DNA of 64,000 nt from Octopus vulgaris (lineage: Eukaryota), in contig OX597819.1 in assembly GCA_951406725.2 (NCBI GenBank), forward strand, positions 73,532,001 to 73,596,000, read 5' to 3'. Both the position numbers and the translations under genes were made by a program. Below the pieces are notes generated by a model. That model was not told the DNA's origin. It searched no databases and worked only from the letters and a program-made list of their open reading frames with translations. Position 1 is the first letter of the stretch. Every line of letters starts with the position of its first letter. This document shows, piece by piece, positions 12,281 through 25,020 of the stretch.

Positions 12281-13833
12281 ATTTAATATTATAAAATACA
12301 AAATACAGTTATATCTTGAGATTGCTTGTAATAACAATACTTAAAATCTAATACAGAATGGAGTTGTTGTGCTCCAAATGAGCTATATTCCACTTCTTAA
12401 TTTGAGCAGAGGCAATGCAAGCAGGAACTAAAGGAACATTACTAAGATCCACACTCAAAGATCAAATACATACATATATTCATATATTCATTTATATCTA
12501 CAAAATGGATATAAAATTTGACATATATATATATATATATTATTATGTGTTTGTTTATATAGACATGTATCTGTTTGTGTATATGTATGTATAAATGTAT
12601 GTATTTATGGGTATGACTTAAAACACTGCGTCTGGTAGTGGGGCTCTGGTTTGGGATTTTGAGGGTTTTGAAGAATGTGGAACCACCACTAAGCTACTAT
12701 TCTTTCCAGGTCTCTTCTGACACAGAAGTAGTAGAACCAGTCAGGGTCCCAACTATGGGTTAATTAGCATATGGGATGACAATCCATCTGATTGCAGGGA
12801 TGCAGAGGTACCCTTGATTGGTGTCAGGGTCTGTAGGAAAACCATTGGGAGTGAGGGTCCCCTACCTGTTGTCACAGCCTTAATGTGCATGCCTCAGTGA
12901 ATTCTGTCCATCCTATGTCTTGCATGGAAGAGGGGATGTTGAAACAATGATGATACATATACAGATACTAACAAATATACATACATGCATTCATATATAT
13001 GTATATACATACATCTACACACTCACACACATACATATATTATTGAATATTGAGAGTGTAAAGCTTGTGTTGATGCTATGTCTAGTCTGGGATTAAGTGG
13101 TGACTAGGACTGGATTATCTTGCTGTTGGTTTTATCCCCCTAATCTATGTACACAAGGTTTTATATTTATAGGGGTGGTCATTGAGATTGGTGTGTGTAT
13201 CCATTTCTTACAGGCATTAAATGCCATCATGAAATGAAACAAATTGGAGCGTTTATATAATAAGAAATCCAAGTCTGGTAGCAAACTTGTTACCTTGATG
13301 TGGGTTTCTCTTATTATCTTAAGTGGGATTAACTGAAACAGTAGAATGTTGAATATTCTTTTTTACTCTAGGCACAAGGCCCAACATTTTTGAGGAGGGG
13401 GCCAGTCGATTAGATCGACCCCAGTACACAACTGGTACTTTATTTATCAACCCCAAAAGGATGAAAGGCAAAGTCGACCTCAATGGAATTTGAACTCAGA
13501 ATGTAAAGACAGACAAAATACTGCTAAGCATTTCGCCTGCTGTGCTAACACTTCTGCCAGCTTGCTGCCTTCAAGAACGTTTCTTCCAGCTCACCGCCTT
13601 CAGAATGTTGAATATTATACCTTGTGGTAGTTTGTTGTATCCACTTATATTCAGAGACCCTCTTTCAGTTTAATCTTACCTCATAATTCCCTAAAACCTT
13701 GAAAGTGTTGCTCCATTATGGTCACAGTCCAACATATGAAAGAAGGAAATGAGTAAAAATGTGTGGATGTATGTTGAGGGACGGAGAGAGATGGAATTGG
13801 TGAAATGGAAGTAAATACATGCATATATATGCA

Positions 13834-14680
13834 TCAGTCATTTGGCTGTGACCATGCTGGAGCACCATCTTTTAGTCGAGCAAATCAACCAGTACTTATT
13901 CTATCGGTCTCTTTTGTCGAACCACTAAGTTACGGGGACATAAACACACCAGCGTCAGTTGTCAAGCAATGTTGGGGGGACAAACACAGACACACAAACA
14001 TACACACACACACACATAAATATATACGGAGGACTTCTTTCAGTTTCCATCTACCAAATCCACTCACAAGGCTTTGATGCAGCATTGAGGATGAATGAAG
14101 CCAGCTCAACCCACCCCAGGTGAATGCTGTCTCAAGACAAGAAGACAAGGTCAGCCTGAGGCTATAGTAGAAGACACTTGCCCAAGGTGCCATGCAGTGG
14201 GACTGAACCTGGAACCATGTGGTTCGTAAGCAAGCTATTTACCACACAGTCACTCCTATGCCTATGTATGTATATCTATGTATATATATGTATATATCTT
14301 TTATCCTTTACTTGTTTCAGTCATTAGACTGTGGCCATGCTGGGGCACTACCACAAAGAATTTTTAGTTGAACAAATTGACCCCTAGGACTTTTTTTTTT
14401 TAAGCTTGGTACTCACTCTATAGGTCTCTTTTGCTGAACTGCTAAGGTACAGGGATGTTGTACACCAGCACAGGTTGTTAAACTGTGGTTGGACATGGAC
14501 ACACACATCACACACCACACATGCATACGACATCTTTCTTTCTGTTTCTGCTTACCAAATCCACTCACAAGGCTTTGGTCAGTCCAAGACTTATAGTAGA
14601 AGACATTTGCCCACGGTGCCACACAATGGGACTGAACCCAGGAGCAAACCTCTTCTCACACAGCCACATGTATGCCTATA
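13834..14680 (-). mobile_element. Two consecutive family-A SINEs
   Basis: Reverse-complement matches at ~13834-14263 and ~14300-14680. Confidence 0.8.
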
Positions 14681-15041
14681 GGCACGTCTACAGAAATACA
14701 CACACACACACACACTGTTACAGACACAAAGTTATTTGAACCGAAAATTCCAGAATTCTGTAATTGCTCTACCGATCAGCTGATATTAAACCCCCTCACT
14801 TCTCCACCAAAACTACACACACACACCCATGCACGCACGTATGCGCGCACACACACAATTGATTTGTTTGTCTTTCTCTTTCGGTATGCACTTGTATGTG
14901 TATACAACAGAGCACTTCCGTGTATATGTGTATGTATGTGTGTAATGGTAGAGGCTACTAATGGAACTATAATTACCGATGCCATTTACTTACTGAGGTG
15001 TGGTCCTTGTGATTTTTGGTGCTGTTGTGTTTGCAGGATTT

Positions 15042-15074
<33 letters not shown>

Positions 15075-15751
15075 ACGCACACACGCGCATGCATGTGTGG
15101 TCTGTTTGCTAAAACACTGGCATATTGAAACAATACGATGATGATGATGGTAATGGAAATTGTGATAGTATTCAGAGTGATGGCAGTGGTGGTGATAAGG
15201 ATTATTGTAATGATATTGTAATAACATTGGTGAGTGGGTGGGGGAGGGGCGATGGAGAGTGTTATGTTCTGAATAAGAGTGGTGGTGGTGGTGCAGACAA
15301 CAAACCTTGATAATGGTGGTGTTGGTGGTGTTGTTAATGGAGATTGTAATGGTAGCTAGTGCAACAGTGATGGTGTTAGCGTAGAAGGTGGTCTTGATAC
15401 TAAGTGATAATGATAATGACAACAATGATAACAGTAATAACTTACTTCAAATTTTGGCAGAAGGGTAACAATTTGAGGGGAGGGGCTAAACTAATTGCAC
15501 TAATCCTCGTGCTTGACTAGGATTTTGTTTTGTTGACTCTGAAAAAATATAAGGCAAAAATCTGGCTCTTTATGCTCAAAAGTAAATGCTATCCCATATT
15601 TCTTGTAACCGCAGCAGGATTTGAACTCAAACATGCTAACACTTCTGCTACCACACAGGATGGGCTACTTGATTCAAAGGAAACCCTGACTGGGCCCCAC
15701 CTGCAAAGTCATATGCTGTTTATCTTGATATGAGTTCACCATGTTGCACAT

Positions 15752-16464
15752 GGGGCTAATGCGCTTTTGCACCTCTCCTTGAAAAGTGCATTTTTTTGAA
15801 AATTTTTTCTGGATTCCTATCTTTAAAATGTTGGAGATTATGAATATGCAGAAAAAATTTGTTTTTAAATTTCACCCCACCCACCTTAAAGTTTCGATTT
15901 TGTTTACTTTAAAGAGATCGTAGAAGATTGATGAACATATGCAAATTGAAATTACATACAGACAGAAACATTAAAGTGAAAAGAATTTGCGTTTTACTTG
16001 TCATCATCATCATCATCATTTAACGCCTGCTTTCCATGCTGGCATGGGTTGGACGGTTTGACAGGGGACTGGTGAGCCAGAAGGCTGCACCAGTCTCCAA
16101 TCTGATCTGGCAAAGCTTCTACAGTTGGAGGCCCTTCCTAACACCAACCACTCCAAGAGTGTAGTGGGTGCTTTTACGTGCCATCAGCACGAGGGCTAGT
16201 CAGGCAGTACTGGCATCGGCCATGCTCAAATGAGCCTTCTAACGTTCCACTGGTACGGGTGCCAATCAGGCTGTACTGTCATCAGCCATGACAGCAATTT
16301 GTGTAGATAAGAATTCAATGTAAATTAAATATACACCATTTTATGAGAAACATTCTTTTTTTTTGCATATTTGTAATCTCCGACATCTAAAACATAGGAA
16401 TCTGAAAAACATTTTTTCAAAAAAATACATTTTTCAAAGATAGGTGCAAAACTGAATTAGCCTG
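15752..16464. mobile_element. MITE with ~120-bp imperfect TIRs (probably hAT), containing a nested RTE 3' end at ~16000-16280
   Basis: ggctaat...tttgcacct...ttgaaaa...gattcctat...tgttggagatta...aatatgca is mirrored at 16345-16462. The flanks ttgcacat / tcacacat fit a CpG-decayed 8-bp TSD (tcgcacat). Confidence 0.78.
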
Positions 16465-17571
16465 TCACACATATATGGTTATGATGCATGTAGCTGGTTT
16501 ACCCTTATCAGACGTGTAGTCATGATGGGTATACTGGGCTTTGTATATTTCTACCCCAGTGTCATTTCAATGGTATGCACTGAAGTGTCACTCAATAATT
16601 ATAATAATATTTTCTACTTAAGGCACAAGGCCTGAAATCTTGGGGGAAGGGGCTAGTTGACCCCCACCCAGTGTTTCACTGGTACTGAATTTATTGACCC
16701 CGAAAAGATGAAAGGCAAAATCGATCTCAGCAGAATTTGAACTCAGAATGTAGCAATGGGCAAAATACCGCTAAGCATTTCACCCAGCGTGCTAACGATT
16801 CTGCCAGCTTGCTGTCTTAATAGTAATAAAAATAATAATAATAATAATAATTAATAATCCTTTCTACTGGAAGCACAAGGACTCAAATTTGTGGGAAGGG
16901 GACTAATTGATTACATTGAGCCCAGTGTTTCACTGGTAATTAATTTATTGATCCCGAAAGGATGAAATGCAGAATTTGAACTCAGAATGTAATTGCAGAT
17001 AAAATACCACTAAGCATTTCGTCTGGTGTGCTAACCATTCTGCCAATTTGCCGCCTGAATAATAATAATAATTAATGATAATAATAGTGATGGTGGTGGT
17101 GGAAATGGTGCTAGTGAGAATGGTAGCACTTACGTTAGTGTGATAATGGTAGGCATTTTATGGTTCTGGCAGTGAAGATAATTGTGTGTGTGTGTGTGTG
17201 TGTGGTTTTTGTGTCCATAACTATAAGGACAGCAATGGTTGTGATGTTGGAGCTGGATAGGATAAAAATGGTAATAATGGTTCTGTTGTTAATGTTGGAA
17301 TCGTTGGTGGAGGTAATGGTGCTAGATTCTACAGAAACTGTCAGAGATTATTACATTCGGAATGTTGCCAACCATGATGAAGGCTGGAAAGAGGAAGAGA
17401 AACTCACGGAACTTTCTCTTTTGTTGGAAACCTCTTCTTTTTCTTTTCATTCTTCTCCTTTGCTGCTTTGCATTCTTTTTCTCATTTTCTTCTCGTTCTC
17501 TTTTTTCTGTTTCTTGTTCTCATTTTTCTTCTTTTTGTTCTCTTTTTCTCCTTGTTTTTCTCCTAGTTCTC

Positions 17572-17890
17572 CCCCTCTTCATTCTCTTCCTCCTCTTCAT
17601 TCTCTTCCTCCTCTTCATTCTCTTCCTCCTCTTCATTCTCTTCCTCCTCTTCATTCTCTTCCTCCTCTTCATTCTCTTCCTCCTCTTCATTCTCTTTCTC
17701 CTCTTCATTCTCTTTCTCCTCTTCATTCTCTTCCTCTTCTTCCTCCTCTTCATTCTCTTCCTCCTCCTTGTTCTCTTCCTCCTCCTTGTTCTCTTCCTCC
17801 TCCTTGTTCTCTTCCTCCTCCTTGTTCTCTTCCTCCTCCTTGTTCTCTTCCTCCTCCTTGTTCTCTTTCTCCCCCTCATTCTCTTCCTTC
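17572..17890. repeat. 18-bp pyrimidine minisatellite within a ~550-bp pyrimidine-rich tract
   Basis: (cctcttcattctcttcct)n switching to (cctccttgttctcttcct)n. Confidence 0.95.
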
Positions 17891-19831
17891 CCCTCGTTCT
17901 CCTGTCATTTTCTCTCTTCTCTTTTCCCTATCTCTTTCCCTTCCTCTCTCTCATTGCTTCCAATCATTTTGGTTGCTGTGACATGACAAAGTTATTGTAA
18001 CAGCAATCACCTTCCTTCTCTCTTCTTCTGCCAGGATTAGTCAATGCCATTAACCCCAGTATTTGACTAGTATTTCATTTTATTGCCCTTGGAATGATGA
18101 AAGGCAAAGTCAACCTCAGCAGGATTTGAACTCAGAATGTAGAAAACTGGAATAAATACTGCAAGGCACTTTTTAGATGCTCTACCAATTTTGCCATCTT
18201 ACTGCCTTAATACTCAAAGAAGTAATTTTCTAATATTTGCACAAGGCCTGAAATTTGGGTGGGGGATCCTAATTAATTGCATTGACCCCAGTACGTGACT
18301 GGTACTTTATTTCATTGACCCTGGAAGGACAAAAGACAATGTTGACCTTTGTGAGATTTGAACTCTGAATGCAGAGTTGGAAGAAACACTGTAAAGCATT
18401 TGATTAAGTGCTAATGATTCTGCTCGTTGGTGGACTTATCACTGAAAGCATTAATGAAAGAAAAATGAAAATGAACTGATCGTAAAGAATTCATTTCACC
18501 ATTTCAGTGATTTGCTGAAATCAGTTTAGTGTGTGTGTTTGTGTGTGTGCACACACTAGCAGCTATTTTTCACCATATCTCTGAAACAGCTGTAAAGGAG
18601 TACCTTGAATTTTCTTTCTCCCCTGTTATTTCTGTGTATGAAATCCTTGAATATCTATCTATGAAGACTACTATAGACCATTTTCTAGTTTTCTGCTTAA
18701 TTTATGTCTATATATCATTGTCGTCATCATCATTTAACATTTGTTTTCCATTCTGGCATGGGTTGGATGGTTTGACAGAAGCTGGTAAGTCGGAGGGCTA
18801 CACTAAGCTCCAGTCATGTGTTTTGCTTTCCACATGGCAGCAGCGGGGGTGCTTTTTCTGTGCTGCTCTGATATCATTAACAATCATCTGTCCACCCCCT
18901 ATTTTGTCTTTATTGCTCAAGAAAGTTGATGTTGTCATTAAAAAAAAAACTGGCTCTTCGCAAGTGTATCAGTGATGGAAGTGAAATGGAATTGACTTCA
19001 AACAAGAATTGAACCTGCAACTCTAATTCAATTCTCTGCATCTTTAGTACACTTGCACTATAGCTGGCCATCACTCCTCACGCCTTGTACACAAATGCAA
19101 CCAGTTTTATTAATAAAAGCGATGAACACTCCCATCATCGACCATATAATTCTTTGTTAGATTTTCTTTACTTTCATGTCAAAAATATTTCAAACTATTA
19201 AATAGACTCGCTTTTATAGGAAGAAAATTATCTGGAGACAAATGTTTTAAAATTTAAATATATTTTCCATATTGTAAAAGAATGTGCAGCCAACTGGTAT
19301 AAATGGCAAACAGTCAATGCTTTGCACAAGTTAATTATACTTTTCATCCATCCAGATTCAATAGAATCGGTGCTAGTAATATCTTTAGGTTTGTATTATT
19401 TCAATCATTTGAAGCTTCTCTTTAGAATTGGTTTATGTCTCTCCATAACAAGCAAATATTTCAAAAATATCTTATAATTCTTTTCTCACTATGAAAAATT
19501 ATTTTAACCCTCTAGCGTCTAATGAGGACATGTCTGGTCCCAATATTCTGCAGTTTTATGGTTGAACTGGCCAGATCTGGCCCCTCACACCTGTCATACA
19601 ATCATTCTAAAATTAATCACATCATCGAAATTCCAAAACTATGATATAATGCATTTAATACAATATGTATTTGAGTGGAATAAGCTTTTAAACAAACAGT
19701 ATTTCTTTTATTGAAATTCAGTCAATTTTCTTGCAGCTGCAAATTCATTTTGCTAAACTTGAGATAAAAATCTCAGACTTAAGCTGTCGGTTTTAAAATA
19801 CTTCAGGCTATCTCATATGAAAATATCTTTT

Positions 19832-20272
19832 ATTCCTTTGATTCCAACCTGCCTGACACTGCCCCTTTGATACTAACTTCCTGTTTCAACCCTTTTGATA
19901 CCAACCCAGCTGAAACTGCCTCTGGTTCTTTAGTACAAATGTTTTGTTTTAATAAGTTTCGCATTAAAGTCTTCCACCAAACCTTAGTCACAATTTATGT
20001 TCCTAACACTAGCTTAATAACTAAATTATTTTACTAAATTTTTTGTTATATTTAAAATTAATTGAAAGAAACACAGAGCATCTCAACAGAAATATGGTAA
20101 CAAGAGAGTTAAAGTGATCTGAATTAAAATCTTCCATCAAAATTTCATGTTACCTTATGTTCCAAATAACTAGATTGATAATGACAGCTATTTTACTAAA
20201 TTCTCTGATTTCCTCATTAATTGAAACAAGGGCAGTGTATTTCAACTGAACTAATGGTAACAAAGGGGTTAC
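19832..20272. mobile_element. Two nested piggyBac-like (TTAA) MITEs of one family
   Basis: The inner copy aacccttttgatacca...tggtaacaagagagttaa (~19888-20112) sits in an outer copy ending tggtaacaaaggggtta. Related copies are at ~50830-51280 and ~59800-60645. Confidence 0.65.
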
Positions 20273-20971
20273 AAACAAAAATAAGTTCGATGACCAGTAA
20301 AATTCAATGTGCAATAGTAACCCTGTGATTTGTCTGTGCTTGAGAAAATGGTTTCTGATTTTATTCATTGCTTTAACGATGATGTATTGCAATGACATCA
20401 ATGCAAGCAAGCATAAAAAGCTAAGGTGTTTTACAACTGTATGCGTTATTCGCTTTGCCTTCCCTCCTCCCAGTGAACCCTTAAAGAGAGGGAAAAAAAA
20501 TGATTGTTTACATTTTTATATAACCTCAATTGCAAAGACAGGAAAATAATGAAATGTCAGCTTGAATTATTATTTTCATTCAGTGGCAGAGAATGTTTTA
20601 GAATATCTATTACTATCTCATGGGGAAGTAAAAAGGCTAAGGAACACTTGTTACGAAGTATGTATACACACATATATATGTGTGTGTGTGTGTGTGTGTG
20701 TATTGTGGTGGTGGGGGACAGACACAGACAAGAAGACACATGCACAGATCGTATATGTGCCTGTGTGTATTTCATATATGTACACATACACATGATGGTT
20801 TTTTTTTTTGTTTCTATCTACCAAATCCACTCATAAGGCTTTGGTCAGCCCAGGGCTAAAGTATAAAACATTCTTGGCCAAGCTGCTACACATTGGACTG
20901 AACCAGGAACCATGTGGCTGGGAAACAGGATTCTTACCACACAGCCATGCCTGTGCCCGCCTCTCTCCATG

Positions 20972-21002
<31 letters not shown>

Positions 21003-21005
21003 CTG

Positions 21006-21070
<65 letters not shown>

Positions 21071-21169
21071 CATCATCATCGTTTAACATCCTTTTTCCAT
21101 GCTAGCATGGGTTGGGCGGTTCGACTGGGATCTGGGAAGCCAGAAGGCTGCACCAGGCCCCAGTCTGAT

Positions 21170-21176
21170 ATATGTA

Positions 21177-21230
<54 letters not shown>

Positions 21231-21410
21231 TATGTATGTATGTATGTATGTATGTATGTATGTATGTATGTATGTATGTATGTATGTATGTATGTATGTA
21301 TGTATGTATGTATGTATGTATGTATGTATGTATGTATGTATGTATGTATGTATGTATGTATGTATGTATGTACGTACGTACGTACGTACGTACGTATGTA
21401 TGTACATACA
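21170..21410. repeat. Compound microsatellite (TG)n(TATG)n(TACG)n
   Basis: Read directly from the sequence. Confidence 0.97.
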
Positions 21411-22129
21411 CACGTGATAGGACATGTAGATAATGGAAAAGTGAAAGCAAAAAATTGAGATGTGTGTGTGTGTGAAAAGAGAGAGGCCATCTTTATTTTT
21501 CAGACTCGATAAAGCAACTGTTTCCTTTCAGATTAATAGCACGTTTATATATTTATTTCTGGTTTGCTTTATTACAATCATTCCCTCTGCTGCTGTTTGC
21601 CATTAATTGATGTTGTTTTCTCTGCTGAACATATTAAAAAAAAATCCTTCCAATAAAAAGAAAACAAAAGCTATGAAACATTTTGTTACTGAGTGAATTG
21701 GGTGCAGATCAATTGAACGTGAAATATATTTTCCTTTTTTATCACCTTACCAACCAGATTCCTCTTGTTCAAGCAACTTCCATCTCAGTTTCTTCAATGC
21801 ATTTTTACAATTTCCTTTCTAAACTCAGCCATCCAAACTTCTCAAAGAAAACATTGCTATTCCTTTGTCTTCTATTTTTCTTTTTCATTGTTTTTTTTTT
21901 TTTTCATCTTTTCATTCGGAATGGTTTGTTTATGAAACACCAAAGCAAACAAACTTACTTCTCAGACACCTTTGGACATTCAATTCTTGGATTTTAGTTC
22001 TTTTGCTTTCCATTTTGATGATTCCTGTCTTTGATTCTGCCATTTGAACAAAAACGAATTTATTCTCAGCAAGATGTTACATAAGTGCCAATAGTTTCTA
22101 AGTCAGTGTCAGGTGTCTGTCTGCCTGTC

Positions 22130-22172
<43 letters not shown>

Positions 22173-22467
22173 TTGTGAGTATAGACATGATTGTGGTTAG
22201 GTTTGCTTTGTGACCACATGGTTTTGGGTTCTGTTTCACTGCACATAACTCGTTGGGCAAGTGTCTTCTATTATAGCCACAGACCAACCAAAAACTTTGA
22301 GTGGATCTGGTTGACAGAAACTGAGAGAAGCTCAGTGTGTGTGTGTGTGGGTATGTCTCTTTGTCCTGACATCATGAAGGCAATTTGTTGACAAGAGCAA
22401 TAGGATAGTAATGACCATTCTTTGTAGGTAATGACTATTTTGTAGAAAACAAACACACATACACACA

Positions 22468-22500
<33 letters not shown>

Positions 22501-24382
22501 CTGACAAGCTTCTTTCAGTTCCTGTCTGCCAAATCCACTCACAAGGCTTTGATCAGCCTGAGGCTATGGTAGAAGACGCTTGCCCAAGGTTCCACACAAT
22601 GGGATTGAACCTGGGACTATGAGGTTGAGAGAGAAACTTCTTACCACACAACCACATCTGTGACTATGTCTGTTAAAGAAATTTGAAAGAGACTTCAAGA
22701 GTCGCAAAAGAGTTCTGCTCAAGCAATCAAAATTTATCTTTCTTTACAGCACACACAAACATCAGATTTTACGAAATTTGGATTAACAATAATCCAGATA
22801 AATCCAAAACAATTGACATCATATCCAAACCATAGCCAAGCATATGGCAAGGTCATAATTAATCAATCTGTTAATTAATAACAAATAAAACCAGAATAAT
22901 TTGTGTTTTGAAATAGCTATCATGGAGAACTTCATGGAGAAGGAAGAGAGCTAGAAATTCATTATAGGTGGCAGTGGAATCTTTTGCTCTTTCCCTTTTC
23001 CATAAATTAGCGATAGCTATTCTGAAATTCCCCCCCAAAAGATTGACATAAGACAGGAGGTGCAAAGAAGAGCAGTGCTGTCCAGCTTGCTACTTCACCA
23101 GAAACAGTATAGAAAAGAAACCCAAAGAGACTAAACAGTGGTGCTACAGCATGGCCTCGGCCTCTGGCTGAAACCAGTAAAATATAAATACGAAACAAAT
23201 CTGTTTCTCTTAATGAATAAAAAGTAGTCGAGAAACAAGGAAGGAAAATTGATGCAAAACAAAAGAAATTAATATAAAGCAATTATCAAAAGAAACTGTA
23301 AATGGAATGAAAGAAATAAGGAATTGTTAGAAAAAATCACTGGAGGCTGAGATTGGATGAAAACTCAATTTCTGTTATTAATTGTAGAGATGTATCATGC
23401 GATTATTGTTTTTTTCCCCGTCAATCTCTTTACATGATTAATAGTGAATTCACAAGTTTTTCACACAGTGTGCTTTCATTTACAGTCATTTTTTTTTTAC
23501 TTGTTTTAGTCATTAGACTGTGACCATGCTTGGGCACTGCCTTGAATTTTTAATTGAATTAATCAAACCCTGAACTGGGGATGTAAGCACACCAACACCT
23601 GTTGTCAAGTGGTGGTGGGAAACAAATGCATACACACTCACACGCACACACACATGATGGGCTTCTTTCAGTTTCTATCTACCAAATCCACTCAAGGCTT
23701 TGGTTGGCCTGAGGCGATAGTAGTAAGACTTGAATCCAAGGCCATATGGTTGGGAAGTAAGCTTCTTTCTACATAGGCACACCTGCACATGTTTATTTTA
23801 GTTTTACTTCCTGGTTGTCTCTCCAGAATTGGTTCTGGTGAAATGGTGATTTGGAACAGAGCTGTCCATCTTTGTGTTTCTTGCCATGCTGTGTGTATGC
23901 ATGTGTGTGGGTGGGGGATTTGGGGGGGGGGGGGGGTCATGTGAACATTTTTGTATCATTTCATGTATTTAACACTTTTGTCATTGTTTTGGAGATGTTT
24001 AGTATCACTGATGAGAATATGTAAGATTGAGACAAAGCTGTGTATATTCTGTGTTAGAAACATGATCATTGAATTTATTCTGCCAGTTTGTAAAAACTCT
24101 TGTTTATTGAATACTGATAATGATTGATATATTCCTCATTGGTGGTGTTGGTGTCATCATCATGGTGCTTTACTTCCCACTTTTCTGTGTTGGTATGAGT
24201 TGGAAATGTCTGTCATAGATCACTTCCTGCTTCCCAGACTTGCACCAGTTTATTTGTTAGGGTTGTTTATCTATTTTCTCCTTATATATAACAAATATGG
24301 AATGTTATGTTTGTTTCATGTTTCTTTTCTTTGAATTTGTGTTTTTTGTTGAATTACCATGAAATTATTTTTCTATTTGCAG

Positions 24383-24478
24383 CTGTTTGTAATTTTTCTG
24401 GTGATGTGAAACATGGCTTACCATTATCAACTGGAGACACTGTCCATATTCTGGAAGTTTACAGCAAAAATGAACCAA
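24383..24478 (+). CDS. DOCK3: DOCK3/4-like exon (probable exon 2), SH3 N-terminal half
   Basis: Acceptor ttttctatttgcag|, donor |gtaaga; 96 nt, phase 1-1. Encodes (A)VCNFSGDVKHGLPLSTGDTVHILEVYSKNEP, matching the DOCK SH3 pattern L.L..GDTV.ILE. Confidence 0.92.
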
Positions 24479-24549
24479 GTAAGATTCAGTTGTTTTGTGA
24501 ATTTTTGTAAGTTTAAGAAACACTTCATAATCAACGGATTTGGTACATT

Positions 24550-25020
24550 ATTATTAATACATGCCATCAAAGTGACACTGGGGTACAAATATACGAAGCC
24601 CAATACACCCATCATGACTACCCGTCTGACAAGAGTGCACCAGGCACATGCACCACAGCCCTATGTTTGCGACATGGTAATCTCATATCTCATATCAAGA
24701 TAATCTGTTTCTGTTTATCTTGCAAGTGGGGTCCAGTAAGAATTGCCTTCAGGTTGAGTAGCCCATCCTGCTCAAAAGGCCCATGAATAAGGGTTGCTTT
24801 AAGGATGTTGAACAAAACACACATTTCTAGAGGTGAATTGTCTAAACCGCAAGCAATTCTTGTCAACACATGGCTATGATGTTCCCCCACTACTTCTGCT
24901 TGTGATCAGAGACACACATATTGTTAGCCACTAAGAGACATGCTCATCTGGTTAAGGTCAAACAACTGACAAGCGAATCTGTGGTATTGAGCAGAACATT
25001 TGCTGTAGCCCATCTTTTAT
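24550..25020. repeat. Unclassified interspersed repeat; a second copy (reverse) at ~15655-15751 plus 16465-16595 is split by a MITE
   Basis: Shared segments cccatcatgactac, gtgacactggggta and gagtagcccatcctg in reverse complement. Confidence 0.6.

Noticed and set aside
14672-15425. 146-aa and 150-aa His/Cys-rich ORFs
   Set aside because: Low-complexity (CA)n, (TG)n and (GGT)n sequence.
17160-18000. Long ORFs of 273, 212 and 119 aa
   Set aside because: They are translations of the 18-bp pyrimidine minisatellite, open in several frames only because stop codons are absent.
20808-21490. Overlapping ORFs rich in YI/CV/MYVC/HT
   Set aside because: Microsatellite translations.
24008-24070. Hammerhead using stem gaatat/atattc and the GAAA at ~24057
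   Set aside because: Seven unpaired nucleotides separate the stem from GAAA, which is incompatible with the core; only the shorter degenerate reading is kept.
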